Source: Lingula anatina
Taxonomy: Eukaryota > Animalia > Brachiopoda
DNA: 64,000 nt
Direction: 5' to 3'
Assembly (NCBI GenBank): GCA_051362555.1
Contig: CM120644.1
Coordinates: forward strand, 20,792,534 to 20,856,533
Part shown: piece by piece, positions 14,001 through 25,555 of the stretch
Numbering within the stretch: position 1 is the first letter of the stretch
Layout of the letters: each line of letters opens with the position of its first letter
The notes under the pieces: model-generated
The model's input: only the letters and a program-made list of their open reading frames with translations
Databases searched by the model: none
What the model was told of the DNA's origin: nothing
Position numbers and translations under genes: made by a program

Positions 14001-17000
14001 TATTGATATTTTTCACATCTCATCAATTTTCTTAGTTGATCATACAAAAATGGCAGTAAACTGTTAATTTTGTTTTATGTTAAAAAAGTGTTAAAAATGG
14101 AAATAAACCCATTTCAGAATAGTGCTGTCTTGTTTCACATTTCCTCAGATTCAATTATTAGGCATGTTAACAGTCTCATTATTTAACTAATAAGATGCCT
14201 AAAAGTGTTTGTTTGATATTTCCTGCATCTTTACAACATTGTTCGTTGATTATGTCAAAAACATGGTAAACTTGTTATCATGTATTGTGTAATAAAGTGT
14301 CAAAAATGGAAATAAACTCATATCATTGCAGTTTGTCAGATTCAATCATCCACGATGTTCAGAATCTCAGAATGGAGGAAATTGGACATTTAACACTGTT
14401 CTATTGATACTTTTCCCATCTCATCAATTTTCTTAGTTGGACATATAAAAATGGCAGTAAAATGTTTGTTTTGTTTTATGTTAAAAAAGTGTTAAAAATG
14501 GAAATAAACCCATTTCAGAACAGTGCTGTCTTGTTTACATTTTGGCATTATCAAGGCGTGACTTTGAAGTTCCATGGGCCTGAAGACCTTTGCTAGTCAC
14601 ATTTTCTGAATATCTGTGATACAAATATTTTATAATTATTTCACTTTTTATGTACAGACACAGATGTGTCTGTACATATAGCCATCATCTGCGTCTGTCG
14701 TCGCCGTCGTCGCCGTCGTCGCTGTCGCCGTCGCCGTCGCCGTGGCCGTCGCCGTGCACTTTTACCGATAACACGATAAGTGGAAAACCATTTTGCCTTT
14801 TGATTTGAAACTTGCAGAACTGATGAATATTCATAATACGCAGGTCAAGTTCGAAAATCAGCATGATCGGGTCACTCTTAGGGAATTTATGCTGTTTTTT
14901 CACTTTTTTCAACATATATGCAGCACCGATAACACGATAAGTGGAAAACCATTGTACCTTTTGGCTTGAAACTTACAGAACTGATGAATATTCATTATAC
15001 GCAGGTCGAGTTCGAAAATCAGCATGATCGGGTCACTTATAGGGAATTTATGCTGTTTTTTCACTTTTTTCAGCATATATGCAGCACCGATAACACAATA
15101 AGTGGAAAACCATTTTACCTTTTGGCTTGAAACTTACAGAACTGATGAATATACATAATACGCAGGTCAAGTTCGAAAATCAGCGTGATTGGGTCATTTT
15201 TAGTGAATTTAGGCTATTTTTTCTCTTTTTTCAGCATATATGCAGCACGGATAACACCATAAATGGAAAACCATTTGACCTTTTGGCTTGAAACCTACAG
15301 AACTGATGAATATTCATAATACGCAGGTCAAGTTCGAAAATCAGCATGATTGGGTCATTTTTAGTGAATTTAGGCTATTTTTTCACTTTTTTTCAGCATT
15401 TTTGCAACACTGATAACACAATAAATGAAGAGCTGTTTTACCCTTTGGCTTGAAACTTACAGAACTGATAAATATTCATAATACGCAGGTCAAGTTCGAA
15501 AATCAGCACGATCGGGTCACTTATAGGGAATTTATGCTGTTTTTTTTTCACTTTTTTCAGTATATATGCAACACTGATAACACAATATAAGAAAAACAGA
15601 TTGGCCAATTGTCATTATACTCACAGGAGGGGCCAATCTTACTAAAACGCAGGTTGAGTTTGAAAATCAGCGTAATCAGTCCATTATTTTAAAAGGTAAT
15701 GCTGTTTTTTCACATTTCCTCACATTCAATTCTTAGGCATGTTAACAGTCTCATTATTGAACTAATAAGATACGTAAATGTGTTTGTTTGGTATTTCCTG
15801 CATCTTTACAACATTGTTAGTTGGTAAACATGATGGTAAACTTGTTATCATGTATTGTGTAATAAAGTGTCAAAAATGGAAATAAACTCATATCATTGCA
15901 GTTTGTCAGATGTATTCATCCACTATGTTCAGAATCTCAGAATGGAGGAAGTTGGACATTTAAAACTGTTCTATTGATACTTTTCCCATCTCATCAATTT
16001 TCTTCATTGGTCATATAAAAATGGCAGTAAACTGTTTATGTTGTTTTATGTTTAAAAAGTGTTAAAAATGGAAATAAACCCATTTCAGAACAGTGCTGTA
16101 TTGTTTACATTTTGGCATTTTCAATATGTGACTTTGAAGTTCCATGGGCCTGAAGGCTTTTGCTAGTCACATTTTCTGAATAACCATGATACTAATATTT
16201 TATAATTAAAAATTGATGGTCATTATGCAGTAAAACATTATGTAATATTGCATGAAAATTTTAAGAAACCCCTATTTTGGGCACTGCTCCCATGATGACC
16301 ATTTAAGGAAAATCATGTCACTTACTGTTCTCAAACTTACAGGAAAGAAACATGGGACTAAAATACAGCTCCAGTAGGCAATGCAGTCTGTTTGGTAAAT
16401 TTTTCTGGCAATTAAACAGTTTTTTGTGAAAATTTAATTTTTCACTTATTGGCATTTTCAAGGTGTGACTTTGAAGTTCCATGATCCTGAAGACCTTTGC
16501 TTGTCACATTTCCTGAATATCCATGATACTAATATTTTATAATTAAAAATTGATGGTCATTATGCTGTTAAACATTATGTAATGTTGCATCAAAATTTGA
16601 AGAAACCCCTATTTTGGGCACTGCTCCCATGATGACCATTTAACAAAAATCATGTCAATTACTGTTCTCAAACTTACAGGAAAGAAACGTGGGTCTAAAA
16701 TATACAGCTTCAGTAGGCAATGCAGTCTGTTTGGTAAATTTTTCTGGCAATTAAACAGTTTTTTGTGAAAATTTAATTTTTCACATATTGGCATTTCCAA
16801 GGTGTGACTTAGAACCTCCACGGGCTTGAAGACCCGTGCTAGTCACATTTTGTGAAAATCCATGACACTTATATTTTATTATTAAAAATCGATGGTCATT
16901 ATGCTGTTAAGCATTATGTAATGTTGCATCAAAATAGAAGAAAACAATTTTTGGTGCTGCTGCCTTGATGACCATTATGGAAAAACCGTGTTACTTATAA

Positions 17001-20000
17001 CTGTCAAACTTTCAAAAAAGAAACACAGGACTAAAATGCAGCCTGAGTTAGAAAAGCAGTCTAATTGGCTTCTTTTTCTGGAAGCTATACATTTTAGTGT
17101 TATATTCATTATCTTTTTTGGCATATTCATTGTGGGACTCGGAGCTCCCATGGACATGAAGCCAAATGGTAATCATATTTTCTACATGTCCATCCTATTT
17201 ATAGTCAATAAACAAAAATTGATGATAATTATTCTCTAATTTATTATGTAATGTTACATCAAAATTGACAATCTTTTTGCACTGCTACTGCAAACATTAT
17301 GAAAAGAAAACTGTGCTACTTATTATAATTTTAAACTTACAAGTACGATTTTTAGGATTGGCCTTCAGCTCATGAGAAAACCAGCTCTATTGGATTATCA
17401 TGTTTATTGTATTTATGCATTTTTTGTGAAATTTTCATTTTTCTCATTCTGGCACTTTCTAAGTATAAACTTGAACTCTGATGGGCCTGAAGCCTTATGC
17501 TTTTACTTTCGTCTGTGTTACCTGTTGTGCATAAGTTGATGTTGACATAATGTATTATTGCATCAGGATTGGTAGTCTCCTATTTTGGGCATTATGGTTT
17601 TGTGCTTTTCTTAAGGTGTGACTTATGGGCCTGAAGACCTTTGAGTGGGTCAATCTGTAAATTACCCTTGGGTATCACTAGATTAATTTCAGAGTTATAA
17701 AGTCATTTGCTTTAATAGGCCATTAAATGAGATTACGTAAAGCACACTTGTTGATATTTCCCTGTAAACTCCCAAAGGTAAAGCTCTCTGCTAGATTAAT
17801 AATAAGGAAGCAGTGATAATTATGCAGGTAAATTTTGTTTAATATTGCAAATAAGTTTTTTATATATATATATATATATGTATATATATCAAACTGGAAG
17901 ATTAAAAGTTTGAATAGCAGCTTCATTGGAATTATATTTACCTCAAGCTCTGCCAAGGAGGTTATATTTTCACCCCTGTTTGTCTGTCATCCACATAACA
18001 CAAAAAGTTATGGACTGATTTTGCAGAAATTTTCAGGAACTGTCGGAAGTGGGCCAAAGAGGACAATGATTAATTTTTGGTGGTGGTCCGGATCAATAAT
18101 CAATCAATTATCAATAATAATCAACAATTGCTGCCTTGGCAGAGGTCTGCACTCTCAAAGTGCTTTTCTAGTTTTGTTGTTTTCCTTTATAATTTTTTCT
18201 CAATCACTTGCATTTGTGACTTTTAGCCCCAGGCAGGCTCTCATCTGCCTGGGGCTCTGCACATTTTCTGTATTTCTACATAAGCAGTTGTATTGTTTTT
18301 TATGTCTTTAAACATTATGTAATATTATTTTATGCACTTTCATCATTTTTCAAATATTGAGACTTTCATAATGTGAATTTGAACTCTCATGGTCCTGAAA
18401 CTGTAATCTTATTGAAGGGGTGGATTGAGACCATCTTCTGGGTCTTCCGGAAGACAGTCAGGTTATTAAGTTTATATTGACTGGTATCTATTTTTTTCTG
18501 TTGGAAGACCATCAAAATGGAAGATGGATCAACATAGATTCGTAATACTGTCAGAAAATATCTCTGGGTCCGCCCCTGTTATTGACCATGTTACCTGTTG
18601 TGCAAGATTAAAATTCAGTGTTGACTGACAGTGCTATTATAAGCATTATTTATTATTGCATCAAAATTGACAAAATGACCTTTTTTGCATCTTTATTTTC
18701 TGTTTTTTGTCTGTACATTTGACAGCTTTGCTGCCTTGTTTCAGCATATATGCAGCACCGATAACACGATAAGTGGAAAACTGTTTTTTCCTTTGGTTTG
18801 AAACTTACAAAACTGATTAATATTCATAATACGCAGGTCAAGTTCGAAAATCAGCATGATTGGGTCATTTTTAGGGAATTTATACTGTTTTTTTCACTTT
18901 TTTCAGCATATATGCAGCACCAATAACACGATAAGTGGAGAACCATTTTACCTTTTGGCTTGAAACTTACAGAACTGATGAATATTCATAATACGCAGGT
19001 CAAGTTCGAAAATCAGCATGATCGGGTCACTTTTAGGGAATTTATGCTGTTTTTTCATTTTTTTCAGCATATATGCAGCACCGATAACACGATAAGTGGA
19101 AAACCATTTTACCTTTTGGCTTGATACTTACAGAACTGATGAATATTCATAATATGCAGCTTAAGTTCGAAAATCAGCATGATCGGGTCACTTTAAGAGA
19201 ATTTATGCTGTTTTTTCACTGTTTTTAGCATTTATACAACACTGATAACACGATAAGTAGAAAACCATTTTACCTTTTGGCTTGAAACTTGCAGAACTGA
19301 TGAATATTCATAATACGCAGGTCAAGTTCGAAAATCAGCATGATCGGGTCACTTTTAGGGAATTTATGCTGTTTTTTCATTTTTTTCAATGAAAGTTATG
19401 CTGTTTTTTCACCTATTTACCTTTTTACCTATTGATATTTTTCTTATCTCAACAATTTTGTTTGTGGATCATATAAAAATGACTGTAAATTGATCATTTT
19501 GTTTTATGCAAAAATGTGTTGTAAATGAAAATAAACTCATTTCAGTACGGGTACCTTTGTTAACATTTTGGTGTTTTCATGGTGTGACTTTGAACCTTTA
19601 TAGTCCTGAAGACATTTACTAGTCCTATTTTCTAAATATCCTTGTAACCTGCAGTTCATAGTTTAAGATTTTTGTTGATTTTGCTGTTAATGATTGTAAT
19701 TTTGCATCAAAATGGAAGGAACCCCTATTTTGAGCACTGTCGCCATATAGTAAACATTAAAGGAAAATCATTTTACTTACTGTTCTCAAACTAATAGAAA
19801 AGAAACATAGGACTAAAATCCATCTTCATTTGGTAAATAAATCAATTGGTTTAATCTTCTGGAAGTTATACAGGTTTTTGTGAAAATTAAATTTTTCACA
19901 TATTTTGTTTGAAAATTTTAATAACTGGATGATTCTCCCTTTTAACATATAACTAAATAGTTATGATCTGATTAACTACAGAGAACTCAAAAAATTAGAA

Positions 20001-23000
20001 GTATTTAATTTACATGTATTTAAATGTTTTGTTTAGTGATATGATCAGTACTGTAATATACTGTAATGTATACTAGTATGTCTGCCTTTTGAATTGAATG
20101 TCTGCCTTTTGAAAGACATTTCAAGTTAAAAGCAATAGTCAGTGCTACGTACTTTTCAAGCTACAAACAAAAGCCAGTGCTAATTATTAAATTTATGAAT
20201 TTTTTGTGAAATTTTCATTTTTCTCATTCTGGCACTTTAATTGTAAACTTGAAATCTGATGGGTCTGAAGCCTTATGCTTTTACTTTCATCAGTGTTACC
20301 TGTTGTGCATAATTAAAATTTGATGTTGACTGTGCAGTTAAACATAATGTATTATTGCATCAGAAATGGCAGTCTCCTGTTTTATTTTGTGTATTATTGT
20401 TTTCTGCTTTTCTTAAGGTGTGACTTATGGACCTGAAGACCTTTGATAGACAAATTTGTGTGGTCAGTCTGTAAATTCCCCTTGGGTATTCACTAGGCTA
20501 ATTTCAGTGCTATAAACTCATTTGCCTAATTAAGCGGCCATTAAATGAAATTTCATAAAGCACACTTGTTGATATTTCCCTGTAAACTCCCAAAGGTTAA
20601 GCTCTCTGCTAGATAACATAGTGTCCATAATAAGGAAGCAGTGAATAGCAGCTTTATTGGAATTATATTTTTGTTGTTTTCTTTTTCATTTTTTCTCCAA
20701 CACTGGCATTTTTAAGATGTGATTTTTAACTCCCATCCACCTGAGGCTCTGCACATTTTCAGTATTTCCACATAAGCAGTTGTATTGGTATTTATGTCTT
20801 TAAACAAGCTGTAATATTATTTTATGCACTGTCATCATTTTTCATATATTGGGACTTTCATCATGTGAATTTTAACTCTCGTGGTCCTGAAACTGTAATC
20901 TTATTGAAAGGTTGGATTGAGACCATCTTCTGGGTCTCCTGGAAGACAGTCAGATTTTAAAGTTTATATTAACGGGTTTCTGTTGGAAGACCATCAAAAT
21001 GGAGGATGGATCAACAAAGATACTTTGGAATACTGTCAGAAAATATCTCTGGATTTGCACCATGTTACCTGTTGTGCATGATTAAAAATCAGTGTTGACT
21101 GACTGTGCTATTATAAGCATTTATTATTGCATCAAATTGACAAAAGGACCTATTTTGCATCTTTTTTTTTCTGTTTTCTGTCTGTACATTTGACAGCTTT
21201 GCTGCCTTGTTTATGTACAGACACAGATGTGTATGTACATATAGCCATCACTTGTGTCTGTCGCCGTGCACTTTCAGTGTTATATAATAACAAGAAAGCC
21301 ATTTTACCTTTTGTCTTCAATTTTACAGAGCTGCTGAACATTGATGAAATATAAATCAAGTTTGACAATCAGCCTGACCTTTGTTCTAAAACTTCTGCTG
21401 TTTTTGCTTTTTTTCAGCATTTTTTATGCACCATTGTACAAGTAAAATGAAAAATGTTTTACCTTTTGTTTTTGTTTTTATAAATTGATCATTTAAAAAT
21501 GAAAGTAAATAGGTTATTGTGTATTATGTTAAAAGTGTTGAAAATTAAAATAACAGATTTCAGCACTTGTGTTCATATTGGCATTTTTAAGATGTGTCTT
21601 TGAATTTCCGTGGGTCTGAAGACTTTTGCTGGTCACATTTTCTTAATATCTATGTATCTGTAGTGCATAATTGATAATTGATGGCAATTATCAGCTGTAA
21701 AGTATTATGTAACATTGCATCAAAATTGATAAAAAAGTATTTGTGTACTGCCAGTACAAATGCTCTTAAAAGAAAACAGTGTTTCTTGTTATTTTGTAAC
21801 TTACAAGAATGATTGCCATACAGCTCAAATTGGCAGACTAGCTTGATTGGATTATTTTTTCTTTCTGGTTGTCTGTACTTTTGAAAGCATTGATGCCTTG
21901 TTAAATTTTTTTTGACAAAACATTTTGTAAGAGTCAAGGTTTATTTTTGCAAACAATGTGAAAATTGTGATTTATATATAAATTGTGACAACTTCTTTCA
22001 GATGGCTTTCCTGTGCTGCTTGTTGTGATGTCAGCACCACCAATATCAATGATTGTTATAGGTAGGTGATAGAACACATTGCTTGTTGTGATGTCAGCAC
22101 CATTAATATTAATGATTGTTATAGGTAGGTGATAGAACACATTGCTTGTTGTGATGTCAGCACCATTAACATTAATGATTGTTATAGGAAGGTGGCAGAG
22201 CACACTCGTGGGAAATGGAATGAGGAAAATCTGCCACCGAGGTTTCCTGTACAAGATAATTATATTATATTATATTATATTATATTATATTATATTATAT
22301 TATATTATATTATATTATATTATATTATATTAAGGTGGTACTTTAAAATAAAGGTTTACCAATTTTAGGAGGTGTTTATAGCAGTGAGGAGCACTGCCCC
22401 ATCTCCTCCATGATCTATGTGTACCTGTTGGTCTGGGGCGTATTTGGACTGATCAGGACCTTCTTAGCTGTTATACAGTTGATGGGAAGAATAAATGGAA
22501 ATGTACCAGCAAAAAGTGAAGAAGAGAAGAAGAAGGAACAATGTTGGATGGCTTTGTTCTATTTATTTTTAGTTGGGTGGTTAATAGCAGGTAAATAGAG
22601 GGCTGCCTTTCCTGACACTGTCTTTACCAACTTACTGTCACAACTTCCACAGTTTTCATAGACATGCTGTCACAACTTCCACACTGTTTTCACTGACTTG
22701 CTGTCACAACTTCCCCACTGTCTTTACCAACTTATTGTCACGACTACCACACTGTTTTCACTGACTTGCTGTCACAACTACCACACTGTTTTCACCAGCT
22801 TACTGTCACAACTTCCACACTGTTTTCACCAGCTTACTGTCACAACTTCCACACTGTTTTCACCAGCTTACTGTCACAACTTCCACACTGTTTTCACCAG
22901 CTTACTGTCACAACTACCACACTGTTTTCACCAGCTTACTGTCACAACTACCACACTGTTTTCACCAGCTTACTGTCACAACTTCCACACTGTTTTCACA

Positions 23001-25231
23001 GACATGCTGTCACAACTTCCACACTGTTTTCACTGACATGCTGTCACAACTACCACACTGTTTTCACTGACATGCTGTCACAACTTCCACACTGTTTTCA
23101 CCAGCTTACTGTCACAACTTCCACACTGTTTTCACCAGCTTACTGTCACAACTTCCACACTGTTTTCACCAGCTTACTGTCACAACTTCCACACTGTTTT
23201 CACCAGCTTACTGTCACAACTTCCACACTGTTTTCACCAGCTTACTGTCACAACTTCCACACTGTTTTCACCAGCTTACTGTCACAACTACCACACTGTT
23301 TTCACCAGCTTACTGTCACAACTTCCACACTGTTTTCACCAGCTTACTGTCACAACTTCCACACTGTTTTCACCAGCTTACTGTCACAACTTCCACACTG
23401 TTTTCACCAGCTTACTGTCACAACTACCACACTGTTTTCACCAGCTTACTGTCACAACTTCCACACTGTTTTCACCAGCTTACTGTCACAACTTCCACAC
23501 TGTTTTCACCAGCTTACTGTCACAACTTCCACACTGTTTTCACCAGCTTACTGTCACAACTTCCACACTGTTTTCACCAGCTTACTGTCACAACTTCCAC
23601 ACTGTTTTCACCAGCTTACTGTCACAACTACCACACTGTTTTCACCAGCTTACTGTCACAACTTCCACACTGTTTTCACCAGCTTACTGTCACAACTTCC
23701 ACACTGTTTTCACCAGCTTACTGTCACAACTACCACACTGTTTTCACCAGCTTACTGTCACAACTTCCACACTGTTTTCACCAGCTTACTGTCACAACTT
23801 CCACACTGTTTTCACCAGCTTACTGTCACAACTTCCACACTGTTTTCACAGACATGCTGTCACAACTTCCACACTGTTTTCACTGACATGCTGTCACAAC
23901 TACCACACTGTTTTCACAGACATGCTGTCACAACTTCCACACTGTTTTCACTGACATGCTGTCACAACTACCACACTGTTTTCACTGACATGCTGTCACA
24001 ACTTCCACACTGTTTTCACAGACATGCTGTCACAACTTCCACACTGTTTTCACTGACTTGCTGTCATATCTACCACACTGTTTTCACTGACATGCTGTCA
24101 CAACTACCACACTGTTTTCACTGACATGCTGTCATAACTACCACATTGTTTTCACTGACATGCTGTCATAACTACCACACTGTTTTCACAGACATGCTGT
24201 CATAACTACCACACTGTTTTCACAGACATGCTGTCATAACTACCACACTGTTTTCACAGACATGCTGTCATAACTACCACATTGTTTTCACAGACATGCT
24301 GTCATAACTACCACACTGTTTTCACTGACATGCTGTCATAACTACCACATTGTTTTCACAGACATGCTGTCATAACTACCACACTGTTTTCACTGACATG
24401 CTGTCATAACTACCACACTGTTTTCACTGACATGCTGTCATAACTCTCACACTGTTTTCACAGACATGCTGTCATAACTACCACACTGTTTTCACAGACA
24501 TGCTGTCACAACTTCCACACTGTTTTCACCAGCTTCCTGTCACAACTTCCACACTTTTCACAGACATGCTGTCACAACAACCACACTGTTTTCACTGACT
24601 TGCTGTCATATCTACCACACTGTTTTCACAGACATGCTGTCACAACAACCACACTGTTTTCACTGACATGCTGTCACAACTACCACACTGTTTTCACTGA
24701 CATGCTGTCACAACTGAGGCACTGTTTAAAACAAAATACTGTCACAGCTAAAAAAACTGCTTTACAGGGGCAGAAACTTGGTGGTTAGTTTAACACTACA
24801 AGGTATTTTATTACTCACTCTAAAACTCACTCTCACACACATCCACATTTCAGTTATGAAACTCTAAAACTCACTCTCACACACATCCACACTAAATCTT
24901 ATAGAAGAAATTTTCTTTCATTACAGGAAGTGTCTTCATTTTCCCCTTCTACTACACCAGATCTGCAGAGATGTATATTCCAAAACCTACAAATATGGCT
25001 GCAGCTGTCAACACCAGTGCACTGCTGAATGTGTCCACTACTACCATTACTACTACTACTGCAAAAAAACCCACCAAGATCCCACCAGGAATGGAGCAGA
25101 ATCCAGACTACTGCAACCCCACATTATATATGTATGCATTTGTTGCCACACTTATCATCTATGGTGTAGTAGTTTTGGTGGTTCTTCTATTTTGTTGTTG
25201 GTTGATTAAATTGGGAGCAACCAGGAAGTAG
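2046..25231 (+). CDS. TMEM272: TMEM272-like multi-pass membrane protein (5' start unresolved)
   Basis: Exons 2046-2261, 22002-22061, 22369-22590 and 24927-25231 are joined by GT-AG, phase-1 introns. Translation: ...RPPDSDSLCGKIKIAQWES...FLQKYGFPVLLVVMSAPPISMIVIG-GVYSSEEHCPISSMIYVYLLVWGVFGLIR...LFYLFLVGWLIAG-SVFIF...DYCNPTLYMYAFVATLIIY. This matches the TMEM272 family pattern (MIxIG...CP...YLxVxG; WxIxGxV; YCxxxLYxxAF). Intron 2262-22001 is ~19.7 kb. Confidence 0.75.
2303..2400. repeat. Degenerate (GTA/GCA)n trinucleotide tract
   Basis: GTAGTAGTA...GCAGTAGCA low-complexity run at the start of the long intron. Confidence 0.7.
2611..5589 (+). mobile_element. Family A HINE-like element (composite, nested in the 2501 copy)
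   Basis: Full head at 2611, internal 6-bp-deleted head at 3829, tail at 5589. Host sequence AAAACCATTTT|..CTTTTGGCTTGAAA resumes after the tail. Confidence 0.75.
8071..12206 (+). mobile_element. Family A HINE-like elements (nested; heads at 8071, 9372, 10802)
   Basis: Inserted in CTGGCATTTTT|AAGATGTG; the uninterrupted site is visible at ~20703-20720 in another copy. T-run insertion with no target-site duplication. One tail, at 12206. Confidence 0.75.
12776..21211 (+). mobile_element. Family A HINE-like element with nested copy 14649-18740
   Basis: Head at 12776, tail at 21211, and an internal ~401-bp tandem triplication (13334/13735/14136). The inner copy (head 14649, tail 18740) splits TCACTTTT|TCAGCAT. 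Confidence 0.72.
17938..18173 (+). mobile_element. Short HINE-like element, family C, inserted in a family A copy
   Basis: 5' ACCTC..CTCTGCCAAGGAGGT, 3' subTIR CCTTGGCAGAGGT, hairpin GCACT-CTCAA-AGTGC and terminal CTAGTT. Interrupts GGAATTATATTT|TTGTTG, which is intact at ~8017-8035. Confidence 0.7.
21212..21902 (+). mobile_element. Family A HINE-like element, old diverged copy
   Basis: Degenerate head (TATGTACAGACACAGATGTGTATGTACATA) lies directly after the previous tail. Degenerate tail TGTCTGTACTTTTGAAAGCATTGATGCCTTGTT. Confidence 0.65.
22018..22205 (+). repeat. 63-bp tandem repeat x3 spanning a TMEM272-like exon end and splice donor
   Basis: Units start at 22018, 22081 and 22144. Each is 44 nt of exon plus 19 nt of intron. 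Confidence 0.9.
22259..22332. repeat. (TATAT)n microsatellite
   Basis: ~14 perfect pentamer units. Confidence 0.95.
22614..24716. repeat. 34-bp minisatellite, ~62 copies
   Basis: Unit CACACTGTTTTCACCAGCTTACTGTCACAACTTC with variants (CTGACATG/CAGACATG; CAT/CAC). Fills most of the last intron of the TMEM272-like gene. Confidence 0.95.
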
Positions 25232-25394
25232 TAATAACATACCTTTTGAGATACCAGTTGTAGATCTTGCCAATGGCCCTCTGTCACATACCATATCACA
25301 GGGAGCACCATGTATATTGCCACATATCACCTTCATATATTATAACTTTTCTCAAGGAAAGCACTAGTGTGGTGCCAGCTAGTAGCCAAACTTG

Positions 25395-25555
25395 AGGTAT
25401 GGCCTCTAGTCTACTCTAGGTATGGCCTCTAGTCTACTCTAGGTATGGCCTCTAGTCTACTCCAGGTATGGCCTCTAGTCTACTCTAGGTATGGCCTCTA
25501 GTCTACTCTAGGTATGGCCTCTAGTCTACTCTAGGTATGGCCTCTAGTCTACTCT
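25395..25555. repeat. 23-bp minisatellite x7 in the probable 3' UTR
   Basis: AGGTATGGCCTCTAGTCTACTCT x7, with one substitution. Confidence 0.95.

Noticed and set aside
22766-24124. 452-aa ORF (and overlapping 112-aa and 62-aa ORFs)
   Set aside because: It is a translation of the 34-bp minisatellite cycling through three frames, and lies inside an intron with no sign of coding function.
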